DNA of 64,000 nt from Utricularia gibba (GCA_002189035.1 CM007991.1:2418001-2482000); one strand, 5' to 3'. Positions 44,640-57,600 are shown, counted from the stretch's first letter. Translations and numbers: made by a program. Notes: generated by a model from the letters alone, not told the origin.

Positions 44640-45133
44640 GAAGTTAAGGTTTTTGCAGCATATAGATCCAATTTTTTTATGGGCGTTCTGCCGATCTTTT
44701 CAGACTGTATTCAAAAGCCCTTTTCATCCTCAGAATTCTCTGGAAACCGCTTCCGTGTTAACTAGAATGGCTGACTTCAAAAGATGGATCGCCAAGAATT
44801 TCAGCGGGTATAAGAGAGACTGTGCTAAATACTAAATTTGATGATTTGGTCCAGAATGGCATGCATATTCTTCTAACTTCAAGAGTCGAATCCGTAATTT
44901 GCAGTATGATGAATTGAATGGGAGTTTACAGACGCAATAACCTTACTCCTGGGATGACGCAAGCGAGTCAATTTATTAAAGCTGAACGGTGTGCTTCCTT
45001 CCGAAATATTCCAATTTCCAAATACAGATAACTTTCCATAGCGTCTTCCCTCTTTCTCTGCTTCTGCGTCTGCTGTGCATAAAGCAGTATATGTTGTGTT
45101 TTGTCCTTGAAAAGTTGTAGTATCTATTTCAAC

Positions 45134-45697
45134 ATGGCCGCGCTGTTGGCGGTTACTGACGTGGACAGGTTTTCAAGGTGGGAGGGGACCCCCCCCCCCC
45201 CAAATGGACTTCCATAAATATCTGTTGATTTGTACAAGTAGCAACGTTGTGGACACTCTCGGTATGGTATGCACAAACACAAATATCTAGATGTAGATTC
45301 TGTTCGTTTGACTTTTTTTTGTTGTATATCATCACCGTCTCATCATGCTTGCTTTACCGGTGAAAGCAGCGTTCCAGTACAACGGAAACCTCTACAGCTT
45401 GTTACATGTTGGCCAGGCAGCTGCAATACCACAGCACCTTCCTACAGTCTGTCCAGCGGGAGTCGTTCCACCGCAGTCAGGGTGGTTTCTACTTGTGCAA
45501 TGTACCCGGTGACTGCCAGGCCGATCAGAAGCTCCACATTCGCGTCTAGGGTACCCCATCTCCTTCTGGCCCATCCTCAGAGGGTTCCTCCAGCAAACAG
45601 CCAGGCACCCGCATCGCCCCTGCATTTCAGGTTGGCCGGCGATGGAGACTTGGGGGAAGAAGTAACTGAAGAAGGTTTGATATCACATCGCCAATGA
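45134..45697 (+). pseudogene. Degraded phytocyanin (stellacyanin/mavicyanin-type) gene; exon 1 about 45134-45261, intron 45262-45369, exon 2 from 45370
   Basis: Fragments across frames: MAALLAVT / GQVFKVG / WTS / VDLYK* / VVDTL|AFQYNGNLYSLLHVGQAA / SCNTTAP..SSG / FYLCNVPGDCQADQKLHIRV* / GTPSPSGPSS. These follow the plastocyanin-like domain in order, and the phase-1 intron sits at the usual phytocyanin position. Confidence 0.8.
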
Positions 45698-46196
45698 CCG
45701 GAACATTTATCACCTCTGGTGCTGTATGGCATTTGTAAGATTTGGAAGAACCCACATATAGAGCATGTACAGGCGACCATAATACAAGCCATTGAACTAT
45801 GCCATTTCACGCACTTGCATTTTGAGGCTGACATCACTCGCCTTGATCAAAACAAGACAAACAGAAGAGACAAACCAACTGGATGGAAGATGATCGCCCA
45901 TGGTAATGAACAAAATCTTGCTTGTGGTAGAGTTGTGATCTTGTATCAGCAATTACAGCAAGGGATTACGGAAGCGGTTGAGTGAAACATTGAAAGTGAT
46001 CGGATAACAAGGATGTTCGAAGCATTAGCGAGCATGTCCAACACACAAAAGTGGGTGCACGCAGGTACGAGAACACCAAGCAAGGACCAGAGCTAGAATC
46101 TCTTGTCATGTGAAGCAAGGTAAGGTTATCTATCAATCAGACTCAAAGGCGACCAATGTCTCCACTCTTAAACGCAGAAGCCTCGTTCATATTCAC

Positions 46197-48702
46197 TCAC
46201 TTCGATGGCGAAAATGTGCCCATCATCTTCGCGATTATTGGTGCCACCTTTGGATTTGATTGATGCTTGGCCAGGTTAGCTGGGTTCTTCATTACTGCAA
46301 CCAAAATCACAATGCAAGTGAATTACTGTGTTTTGAATTACAGTGCAAGAGAGACGAAGCAAGATGGTAAGCATGCAGCCATAGTTCACTAGATGGGTTG
46401 ATCAGAAACGTGTCACTTCAGTTCTATGTTTTGACAAGTAACAATATGCACAAGAATTAGCACGTAAAAAGAAAATAACAAGCTTAAGGTAGACAGAAGG
46501 CCAACCATCTTGGAGTGCTTCCATGATCTCGGGATCTTTGAATGCAGCCATCAGTTCGGGATCCTGCAATATAGTAAAAATGATCGGCATTGTGAATCTG
46601 CAACGAGGAACTCAACAACCAGAAAGGTAGCCACGTTTACAAAATCGGGTAAATTTGCTAATGATTCATTCAAGGAGACGATTCAATCCATTGAAGGACA
46701 TTGACGCTGGTCCAGAAGGTCGAAACCCATAAAAAGAAAGTAAGGCATGCCAGCCATTGAAGAACTTACATTTAGTATTTTGCTATAATCAAATCCTGCA
46801 GGCGCACCACTACCAGGAAATCCACTCGGTATACCACCACCAGGAAATCCTCCGGGCATGCCACCACTGGGGAATCCTCCACCAGGAAACCCACCAGGCA
46901 TACCACCTGGAAATGAGCTGCCTTGTTTTTTATTTGCTGATTCTTCCTGTTTCTTAGCTCGTTCATATGCAGCCTTGAAAAATTAAATAGAAAGTTAGGA
47001 ACAACTTTGAAGAAAAAGATGGACAGGCTCTCAAGTACCATATCCTTTACCTGTGCTTCAGCACGACGACGCTGTCTCTCTCTTTCAGCCTTCTGATCTT
47101 CCCTTTCTTTTCGAAGCCTATCATATTTCCTGCGGTGCTCCTCAATCTTATGTGCATTGGGCTCAACCTGTAGGAAGAGTATGAGATACCCATGTGAGCA
47201 TTCCCACTCCACTGTGATTCAAAAATAAAAAATAAATGTCTTCAGTAGCCTCAATAACAATGGTGATCCTAACCTTCTTCAGAGCAGCATGTATTTCCTC
47301 ATCATAGTCCAGTTTTGATGCCGTATGAAGGTCCTTGGCAGCCTCCTCCCAGTCTCCAAGCAATGCTCGTGCTAAGCCACGAGACTTGTACCCTTTAGCA
47401 GAGTCAGGATTCAACTGTGCAAAATGATTCATGAGATGGACTTTTGACGACATCAGAAATATTATTCAACCAAGCGCATAATGATGATACTTGGGCGGCA
47501 TGACAAACTAAAGTTTGTTCCTAGAGTACTATAGCCTTAGAAAGAGAAATGCATTCAGAAAAAAAGGGTTGCAAGGGATCGTAAAATCAGAAGACAATAT
47601 ATTGAGCATAATAATAATAAAAAAAAAGAACATCATAGAAATGTCAGAATTTGAATGAAACAATTTAGTGATATTATAGAAAAACAAAAAATGGACGTCT
47701 AAGGTGGTCTACCTCAAGAGCAGCTGTGGCATCCCGAATTGCGGCATTTGGTTTCTTCATTTTGATGTAAACACTAGCTGTAAAGGAAGAACACCATAAG
47801 AGATATAGCACACAGAAAATTGATAACCCAGGAAGTCTAATGTCCCAAGGTATGTTAGGTAAGTCTACCTCGCGTTGCGTACATTATTGCAGATGTTGGA
47901 TTCAGAACAATAGCCTTGGTGAGATGATCAATAGCTTCGTCAAGCTTACCTGGTGAAACATACGGATTTCAGAGACAGTGCAAGCATCTAAACAATAGGA
48001 AAGATCAAATATTGCGCCAAGTACCATCGGAGATGGCTTCCATAGCTTCCATCTTGGCCTCCTGTGAAGCATCTCTGTTCTCTTCAGTGACCTCAACAGA
48101 GGGGTCACCCATCTGGCATTATATAATCCAAATAGCGAGTTTAACATCTGATATTCTGTAATGCAAAGCCGTTGTCAGAAAATTTGGATACACCCACCTT
48201 CTGAGGAGGGCCATTATCTGGAGGAATAACATCACTCTCATCAAGTTCAACATCAGACTCGACTATTTCTGGCTCTTCCTCCACAGTAGGATGAGTTTCT
48301 TCCTCAAGATCATCCATGTCATCCTCTACCTCATCCACCCACGGCGACTTCTGAAGTCCCAGAAATGCAAAGAGAATGCTCTCACCGCGAAAGAAAATGC
48401 TAATTATTTTTAAACCCATACTTGGAGAGGGGAAACAAGAAATACCTTTTTAGAATCCGTCCCAGGCGAAGGTATCTTGCCTCCAAGTCTGACGAAATAT
48501 AAGCACTCACATTGAACACACAACAACCAGGCATCGCAATCACGCACAGACAAATAGTAGCAAAGCAGTTCAAATGGGCAGCACTATCAAACCTTTCGAT
48601 GTAGTCCTTGAAGAATGAGAGCGAGGGATCCGAGAGTATCGAAGGGTTGGCTTCGCACTGCTCGATGAATTGCCGCAGCTGATTCACCTTCGATGGATCC
48701 AT
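46197..48702 (-). CDS. HIP1: HSP70-interacting protein (HIP/ST13, FAM10 family)
   Basis: N-terminal dimerisation domain ([26 protein letters not shown]), acidic linker, TPRs ([22 protein letters not shown]), GGMP/GGFP repeats, and STI1 DP domain ([12 protein letters not shown]...[15 protein letters not shown]). Confidence 0.93.
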
Positions 48703-49064
48703 TTCCAATTCCTGGAAGAAGAAATCTCTCAAGAACCACCTGAATTGCTCGATCCGTTGATACTCGACGTAGGGAGTGGAGTGACTGAGGAGGCGCGCGT
48801 TGTAATGACTCCCAGTTATGCCTCCCGACGGAGTTTCTAGTAGCTTCTAGCATTCTCCCCTTTTCGGTTCGGATAAATACAAAATAAAAATAATTGCAAA
48901 ATTACGGATAATTAAAAACAATTTTAAAATACCACACCACACTTGTATTAAAGTAACGCATCTTACAGAATAATTTAATATCATGTTATGTGCACTTTTT
49001 GTTCCCAACTCAAGATTGTTCCGGAGTGGAGTGTTACCGGTCCAGAGCCTCAAGAACCCTAATA

Positions 49065-49257
49065 TGGGCTCTAGACCGGTCCAAGGGAATCGTCGGCCGG
49101 AGTATCGACTTCAAGAGCATCGCTGATATGCATGAACCGGCGAATGAAAAGAATCTGCCCTGAAACCTGAGCCCCTCATATTGGATCAGCGCTGATGGTT
49201 AATGGAGGCCCAATATTAATGGGCCTCCACATCAATATCTTTGCAGGGATGGGCCCA
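49065..49257. promoter_or_regulatory. Site II cluster including a perfect inverted pair, between divergent HIP and UUAT genes
   Basis: TGGGCT 49065; TGGAGGCCCA-atattaa-TGGGCCTCCA 49203-49229; TGGGCCCA 49250; telobox-like AACCCTAA at 49055. Confidence 0.6.
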
Positions 49258-49884
49258 AATCCAATCAACAGCCTTGGCCCCTCACCATGGATTTATTTAG
49301 AAATGTAGATTAAAGTAAAATGAGTATTAATAAATAATCATTTAATTAATTACTTATTAAATAATCATATAATCAAAATTAAATTATATTTAATACGTAA
49401 TTTTATAAAATTATATTATATTTGACATTTCTATATCTGATTAGGGTATAGATTGACGGCCTATGCTGGGGGGGGGATATTCCCTGAAATAGAAGAGCAT
49501 TATTATTATTATTTTTTAATTAGGCTTTTAAGAGAATGATTTGCACCCCAGCACCGACACTGTGTGGCCCCCACACACTTGTACTGGGTGGTGGAAGCGC
49601 AAGGTTACCATGCATCCAACGGTGGATACGCATGTTGAGTGTTGAAATCTGAATCTAGACCGTCCATTCAGATCCAACTCATCTTCTCTCTCTCTCTCTT
49701 CCGTCTTATCTTTCTCAGGGTGCCGCCTCCGCTCTTAATTCCATTCTCAAATACCCGCTCCCTGCTTCCTTCCTACACCGCAGATCTGGGGTGTCGCTCA
49801 ACTTCCCAGACTCCAACGTTCTGTGTTTTTGTTCCTTGCTAGTGTTGTCGTTTTTCTGGGGGGGTTTGAGGTAAGTTGTTGGTG

Positions 49885-50940
49885 ATGGTTGAAGCACAGT
49901 CTTGGACGACGAGAAGGGGTAGTAATCCCAGGTTTGAAGGTGCGAATGAACAGGTTGTGGATATGCCGGTGACACCAACTGCGGAAATCCGGCAGCATAA
50001 CTATTATTCCTTGATTTCGCCTAATCTGGTCACCATTGCCATAATCGCGTCCTGGTACTTTTCCAACATCGGAGTTCTGTTGCTCAACAAGTACCTGCTC
50101 AGTTTTTATGGGTATCGGTATCCCATCTTCTTGACCATGTTGCATATGGTGTCTTGTGCTGCTTATAGCTTATTGGCTATAAAGTGGCTGCAGATCGTGC
50201 CTTTTCAGCAGATACATAGCCGCAGACAGTTTCTCAAGATTCTAGCTTTGAGTGCTATTTTCTGCTTCTCCGTTGTTTGCGGAAATACCTCTTTGAGGTA
50301 CCTTCCCGTTTCTTTTAATCAGGCTATTGGTGCAACCACCCCATTTTTCACGGCAATTTTCGCTTTTGTGATCACTTGCAAGAAGGAATCAGCAGAGGTT
50401 TATTTAGCTCTTGTTCCTGTGGTTCTGGGCATTGTGTTGGCCAGCAACAGTGAGCCCTTATTCCATCTTTTCGGATTCTTGATGTGCATCGGATCAACCG
50501 GTGGAAGAGCACTGAAATCTGTAGTTCAGGGACTGTTATTGACATCTGAAGCTGAGAAGCTTCACTCCATGAATCTGTTGCTCTATATGGCTCCAATGGC
50601 AGCCTTGATTTTGCTGCCCCTCACTCTATACATCGAAGGAAACGTACTCGCCATCACCCTTGAAAAGGGAAGTAGAGATGGATTCATGGTATTTCTATTA
50701 ATAGGCAATGCCACGGTTGCTTATCTGGTTAACTTGACCAATTTCCTGGTCACAAAACACACAAGTGCACTGACACTGCAAGTGTTGGGAAACGCAAAGG
50801 CCGCTGTGGCTGCAATTGTATCAGTTTTGATATTTAGGAACCCCGTGACCGTGATGGGAATCACAGGATTCACCATCACTGTAATGGGAGTGGTTCTTTA
50901 CAGCGAGGCCAAGAAGAGAACCAAAGGTGCAGGTCACTGA
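49885..50940 (+). CDS. Nucleotide-sugar transporter, TPT/UUAT family (At1g12500/UUAT5-like), intronless
   Basis: [17 protein letters not shown]-terminus, [57 protein letters not shown]. Confidence 0.92.
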   Translation: MVEAQSWTTRRGSNPRFEGANEQVVDMPVTPTAEIRQHNYYSLISPNLVTIAIIASWYFSNIGVLLLNKYLLSFYGYRYPIFLTMLHMVSCAAYSLLAIKWLQIVPFQQIHSRRQFLKILALSAIFCFSVVCGNTSLRYLPVSFNQAIGATTPFFTAIFAFVITCKKESAEVYLALVPVVLGIVLASNSEPLFHLFGFLMCIGSTGGRALKSVVQGLLLTSEAEKLHSMNLLLYMAPMAALILLPLTLYIEGNVLAITLEKGSRDGFMVFLLIGNATVAYLVNLTNFLVTKHTSALTLQVLGNAKAAVAAIVSVLIFRNPVTVMGITGFTITVMGVVLYSEAKKRTKGAGH

Positions 50941-52623
50941 GAAGTGAGATAACTGCTGTCAAAATTACATTGGATCTTGAGGATAATTTGATCATCGGGT
51001 TCCAAGATAATACCACGGCTACTGCTACTTTACTTTACATTCCTATGATTGTGGTGAGTTGGAAGAGAGGAGAGTGAAGAAGAGAATAAAGGGTTCCTCT
51101 TTTCCTTTCCACTCAGCTCAGATTCAAAGACAGACACCGATTTTTTTGTTTCTGTTCATGGTTGGTTGTAATCCAGATCCCATTCCATATAATGCTCATG
51201 TTTTCTATTGTATGCTCCAAAGAACAAAGGCTACCACCTCCTCAGTTGTTACATGTGTTAAGCAACATGATGCAGAAGTGTACAAAGAATGATGAAGGTC
51301 ATACTACTGCTGTAGACAGGAGATAAGTACTTTGTAGCAATTCACATTAAATTAATATTCTGTCCTAATCGAAGGGGGGCTGGGGTTGGTTTCCCATGTG
51401 ACACAACTCATTGAGTGGTCCACCAAAAAAATCACTCAACTGGTAATACCTGCTATCAGTAGCAGTGGTAACTCTAGCGCTGATGTGAGAACAACATCAG
51501 TAACTTATGGCAGTAATTAGTGCTTTTTTTTTTCACTCTCAACGCCCTCAAAGAGTAACACAAGAAGTGGTAAACAAGTCACCGTTTTGCTCCATGGACC
51601 GAAAGGTGGAAAGTGGTAAACAACAAATATGAAGTTGCCATCTTTTGATGAGGTAGAAATTGGGACAAGAAACTGGTTTGATGTGGAACCAGGCTCAGTT
51701 ATTGCATATCATTTCGGCGCCATTCCTTTTCTTTATTGCACATGATCCATTTCACATCTATGCGCCTCGTGGAGCTGATCTTTCGCCCAACTTTACTTCT
51801 CAGAGACCGCATCCATATGGGGCTTCGAGGGATCTCATCCATTTAACTCAGCTGTGAGAACAAAGCAGTAAACTTTCATTAATCAACCTCCCTCTAGACC
51901 GAGTGACGGGTTGCAGGTGGTCGTACAGCACACACACACAGCACTGCACTGCACTGCAGTCCCAGATTGGGAAACGTAAGGCCTCGGCTTCTGAAACTCC
52001 TCCTCGCCCACGGCCCCCGAGTGTGTGTTCCTTTTTTTGAAGGCGGGGGCCTCACTTCTCAGTTGCTGTCCTGTTAAATGGAAATTGGTCCACTGGGAGC
52101 AAGGAAAAGAAGCTTTGCCATCCACTGGATGAATTCACTCGTACGGACTGGGGCTGGGCTGAGCTGTCCATTGCACGAACATCCATCCAAGTAACCTCTT
52201 TTTTTTTTGTAACAATTTTAACAGGATATCAGACGCTAATTCAGAACTAAAGGTTGAATCTTTTGACCGCAATGCAACTGGAGTTTGCAGATTCCATTTT
52301 ATCTGAGAAGAAATTGACTACCATTTTGATCTATTTCTTTAAGAGTAATCAATCAGTGGGTGGTTAACGGGTTCAATTACCCATCTCGAATCTGAAAAAA
52401 ACATTGTCTTGGTAGAAGTTGGTAGCAGAAGGGGCGTCCCGGAGGGTGTATATGCAGACTGTTGGCAACAAGAAAGGCAACGGGTGCAGCGTGTATGGCA
52501 CCCAACGTCAAAGTGTGTATTCAATGACATCTTCTTCCACTGCCTTCTCGTGACATCCAGCAATACTACAAAACACAGAATGGGGGATGATAGATTAACA
52601 TATCACGTTCTGGGGGGAAGGAA

Positions 52624-54205
52624 ATGGAAAATGGAGAAGCTTCAAGAAACCCAAGTTCTCAAGGAACGTGTTTTCTTGACATCCATCAAGTGCAGGAAGA
52701 AGCAAGGAAACCCTCTAGAGGTGTTGAATCTGAGAGCTTTAGCATCACTAAGCATGCATCTCTGGAACCGGGGCTGCCGGCTCTGGAGGAGGAGGGGTCG
52801 ATGGGAAGGAAAGTGTTGGCGAGAAAGGGGAAAAGCTTTGGAGGATTTGGGTTGGCTTCACCTCACTCTGACTTCAGCATATTCAGGACAAAACAGAGGA
52901 GCTCCATGTTGCCATTGAGAAGGGATTACTCCAAGTCCAGTGATTTGCTTCAAGTGATCGAGGAAGGTTCACGGCATGAAAGTGTTCCTGCTGGGAGATA
53001 CTTCGCAGCTCTCAGAGGGCCTGAGCTTGATCAAGTCAAGGTAAGCTACAGCTGCAACTGAGATTGGGGTGATGCATGTAAGCAAGATGGTGCTGTGGTT
53101 GCAGGATTCTGAGTCAATACTTGTGTCGAAGCACGACAAATGGCCCTTCCTCCTCAGGTTTCCAATCGGCTGCTTCGGCATCTGCCTCGGCCTCAGCAGC
53201 CAAGCCATTCTGTGGCAAGCACTATCCAACAGCCCAGCGACAAGGTTTCTCCATTTGACTCCATTGATCAACTTGGTGATTTGGGTTGTAGCCCTATCAA
53301 CTCTTTTCGCTGCGTCCATCACGTATGCTTTGAAATGCATGCTCTATTTCGAAGCTGTGAAAAGAGAATTTCACCATCCAGTGAGGGTGAACTTTTTCTT
53401 CGCACCATGGGTGGTCTGCATGTTCTTAGCCATAGGAGTACCTGAAAAGCTCTCCATGTCGAATCTCCACCCCTCAGTCTTGTGCATCTTCATGGCTCCA
53501 ATCATCCTTCTTGACTTAAAGATCTACGGACAGTGGCTCTCCGGCGGCAGACGGCGGCTCTGCAGGGTTGCAAATCCGTCATCCCATCTCTCTGTGGTGG
53601 GTAACTTTGTAGGTGCCAGTCTTGCAGCAAGAGTTGGATGGGAGGAGGCAGGGAAGTTCATGTGGGCAGTTGGGTTTGCACATTATCTTGTGGTTTTTGT
53701 GACTCTGTACCAGAGATTACCCACGAGCGAGGCGTTGCCCAAGGAGCTGCACCCTGTCTACTCCATGTTCATAGCTACTCCAGCCGCAGCCAGCATCTCT
53801 TGGGCTGCAATTCACGGTGGAGAATTTGATAGCTTAGCAAGAGTCTGCTACTTCATTGCTCTGTTCCTATGCTGTTCTCTCTGTGTTCGCATCAATTTTT
53901 TCAGGGGATTCAGGTTCTCCGTGGCATGGTGGTCTTACACATTTCCCATGACGACAGCTTCAATAGCAACTATCAAATATGCAGAGGCAGTACCTTGGAC
54001 GCCTAGCAAGGTCTTGGCTTTGACGCTGTCCTTCACATCCTCGACCATAGTTTCGGTCCTGTTCGTCACGACACTACTCCATGGGATCATCTGGAAGACA
54101 TTGTTCCCCAATGACCTTGCCATTGCTATTACTAAGACAAGGCAAACCAAGGCCAATAAGACAGTAACGAATAGAAAGAAACATGGGCCACTTCCACTTG
54201 CTTGA
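52624..54205 (+). CDS. SLAC1: Guard-cell S-type anion channel SLAC1; exons 52624-53040 and 53105-54205
   Basis: AGRYFAALRGPELDQVK|D, WPFLLRFPIGCFGICLGLSSQA, HPVRVNFFFAPW, ANPSSHLSVVGNFVG, QRLPTSEALPKELHPVYSMF, gate SVAWWSYTFP, LFPNDLAIAIT. Confidence 0.95.
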
Positions 54206-54611
54206 GTAATGCAGCCGATAGCTTAGGGAGAGCAACCATGGAGGCGATGAGCAGAATGGAGGGGCAACCAGCTCCTGAAATGGGCAAGCCGGAGGTTTCG
54301 GGCTAAGGATTCATAAACTCTCCTCAACTAAATAGTATATGTATGAAAATCAGCATTACAAATGCAGCTTCTGCTCCTAAAAACCCATTCCTGTAATAGC
54401 ATTGGAATGTTTTCAGAAAGAGAAGAAAGTATTGGAACGTTCATCTTCACAGTGAACTGTGTAATCTCTCGAGCAAGAGAGCAACGCATCATAGCTTTAT
54501 ATTCAGTTTCCGAGTGTTCTTGCTATGCATCACCCAGGACTTGTATGCCTGTGTCTGAGTATGGCTTTTGTTTTTTTTTTCAGTGTGAGTCTGGCTTTTG
54601 TACTTGGAGGT

Positions 54612-57600
54612 CTATTTTTGAATGTGATAGAACCTTTTGTATATGCCCAGGCTGATGGACTCCAAGAACTTCATTTTTCCAGAAACTGGGAAGTGGTAAT
54701 CCTCTGCTGCACGAATCACCAATTATTTCCAGAAGGATGCTTCACGTTCATAGACTAAGCACCTGCTCTATTCCAATGGCGAACTCCATGTGACACCTGT
54801 TTCATTTGTGATCCATCGCTTAATGCAACGGCTGCATTAAAAAACATAACACTTCTGGGAAAAGGTATGACATTACCTCACTTCCTTGCTGAGAACAACC
54901 CCATCGATTCTCTTTATGGCCCTTGTCATACAAGGCAACGCGTTTTTCTTTTTAAAAACAACTATAAAAATAAACAGAGTTTGTTTCAAAAATGAAGAGA
55001 AAAACCTGCAGTTTGGAGGCATTTTGTTGTGCTTCCGATGCCAAGGAAAGCTAATTAAAAGAAAGGAGAAGAGTCATGAATTCATTAGCAAGGAAGAACC
55101 AACACAAGAAACTTTATGTGATCACGTGCTTGAAACAGATGCATTAACTCACTTGGTTGAAAAGCTCAATGGGAGGATTAACACGGGATTTCTCACCAGA
55201 TACGAAATGAAGCTCCTGTAGATATCATCATTCAAAACTAAAACCTTATTACAACACAAATCTAGAGTAGAGCAAAATGGATTATAACCTCAGGAAACAA
55301 CTGCATTAATTATTATAGAAACCTAACCTTTTTGTTGAGGGGTATAGCTTTTAGACTGTGTGATGGTCTAGAGCTTTGTGACCTCGTTGAAGCTACGTTA
55401 CTTGTTATAAAGAAAAAATGCGTGTCATTGGAAGTGAGTGGTATTTTTCAAAGGAAAAAAAATGAACTGACACCTAAAAATATGCTGAAACACCATTCGT
55501 ATATCGCGCTGAATAGTGATCATTCTAGCAAGACATGTTGCTTACCAAGACGATTCCTTGCGACCACTTTCGTGGGTCAAGGCACTCCCATTTCTGCACA
55601 ACGTCTGCAGTTATTTTTAAGGGACCAGAAGGGGAGATAAGTGGAGATATAATTGAAGATACAATAATAAACAAGCTTATTGAGCCATCCCATAAAACAT
55701 AACACTATAAATACCTCCACAGACTTGATCCATTGAGCTGGGGTTTTTAGGGAAGTCAACCCTTGTTGCGAAGCCCCCTATTTTCAAGTGATATTCATGG
55801 TACAAAATCAATGAAATAAACATTGAGCCACCCTAATGTTTAATACACTCCCTGAATAGGATGCAAAATAAAAGCCGCATCCTCAATACACTAACCTGAA
55901 AGCCTTGTAAGTGAGTGGTGCTTTTCTTAGGAAACCAAGAAGGGGCTTCAAGAATCTGCAAGCGCAAAGCTTATCAGACTATGCATTGATAGTTGCTGAA
56001 ATGGAATCACATTACATGAATACCAACTTTATGATTCAGTGGTAGAGCTTTGAATCCAGAAGCTACCGAGGCCACGCTATTAGCATCTACATTATTTCTT
56101 TGCCTGATTGCAAGAAAGGACCAGGGATTTTAGATATACGAGAATATTAAATCGTGATTCAACAACACATGAGTTAAACCGAATACAAATGCTGAAGACA
56201 AAATACCTTATCTTGGCCCTGTGTGCTGTTGCAAGATCTGGCTCTCTGGGAATGGTAATCCTTGGCCTTCTATGAGGAATGTTTCCAGAAGCATAAAGTA
56301 GCCCCTCCTGTTGAGAAAAAAGGCACATGAATACATTCCAGTGAAAACAGAAAATTTACAGTCCTTTACACTCCGTTCAACTCTCACACTGCAGGAGTTC
56401 ATGAAGATAGACCAAGGAATTGTTAAGCTCTACGTTCACCAATTAAACACTTTTTAAATTTGCTATTGGAAACAAATATTATTATCGTACTTTTATGTTT
56501 TTTGACATCTAAATAGAAGCAAAATCATTGAGATGTAATTAGATTACCCTCTTTGGTTCCTTGTGAACAAGATTAATCTGTTGCACCTGGGTTGAATCCT
56601 GAACCTGGCATCATGACCAAATCTTCAGAAAAATATCTAAAAATGTTTTAGAAACTCAGCCAGAATAGTGGAGTATCATTCAGAATTGAAAAGGAGATGG
56701 ATATGAGAAAAAGTGAGCCCCATTAGTAAAACCTGATAGACAAAAACAAAAAAAAATGAAAACTCTAGGATGACTAACTGGAAATCACAGGGATCCATGC
56801 ACATTGTTGTATGTTAACATACTCAACACACTTTCTAAATGCTACGTAATAGAAAAAGATCCACCAAAAACCCTACAACCAATGTTATCAAAACACGTGG
56901 TAAATGTGAAGACGTCTGCATGAACCTTTCGTAGAACGCCACCCTCAAGTTTTTGTCGTTTTGTGGATTGATTTTCATTTCCCCAATTTGCTGTCGTGCT
57001 TTCATCTGTCTTCTTCACAAGAGAAGTTCTTGACTTGGCATTTGAAGAAAGCATTCTGTACCAAAGCATTGTCGTTTGAAACAAAGATACGCAAAAAAAA
57101 CACCCATAAGCATACATTAAGCACAAATGAGTTAATATATGTGAGAACTTGCGGCATCTACAGAAAAGGTAAGAACCTGGAATGACTGGGCCGGAAAGAA
57201 TGGTTCTGCTTTGCAAGTTGACTTAGAGTTGGCTTCATGAGGGTCGAGATGCGAGAGAAGGATGGCTTCGGAGATGACTTCCGTTGGTTATCCTGGTTAG
57301 TGTCGTTAACCATTGAACTGAACACGACTGGGCCTGCAGAGCATAGGAGAATCCAAAGATGAGGTTTCTTCAAGAAAATACAATAGAAATTAATTTAACA
57401 CACGACGAACTACTCATACTAGTAGATCCAGGAAGGAAAACTCATGAGTAGAGAAGAGCACCTGAGGCTGGGATTTCGACTGGGCTCTGAAGCGTATGCA
57501 TGCTTAAAGGTTGTTGAGCAGTTGATTTTCCGTCTTCCACTAAGTCATCGATTTACAAGCGAAGTCAAGTAAAAAAAAATCAAAACTTTTTAGATTACAG

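Noticed and set aside
46800-46925. Tandem GGMP/GGFP-coding repeats
   Set aside because: A normal feature of HIP proteins.
51405-51440. TCATTGAGTG (first 10 nt of miR397) in a small hairpin
   Set aside because: The match stops after 10 nt and the stem is far too short for a miRNA precursor. No conserved miRNA was recognised anywhere in the window by eye.
51629-51745. 38-aa small ORF MKLPSFDEVEIGTRNWFDVEPGSVIAYHFGAIPFLYCT
   Set aside because: It looks protein-like but I cannot assign it, and its length is within chance. A tBLASTn hit would be needed to revive it.
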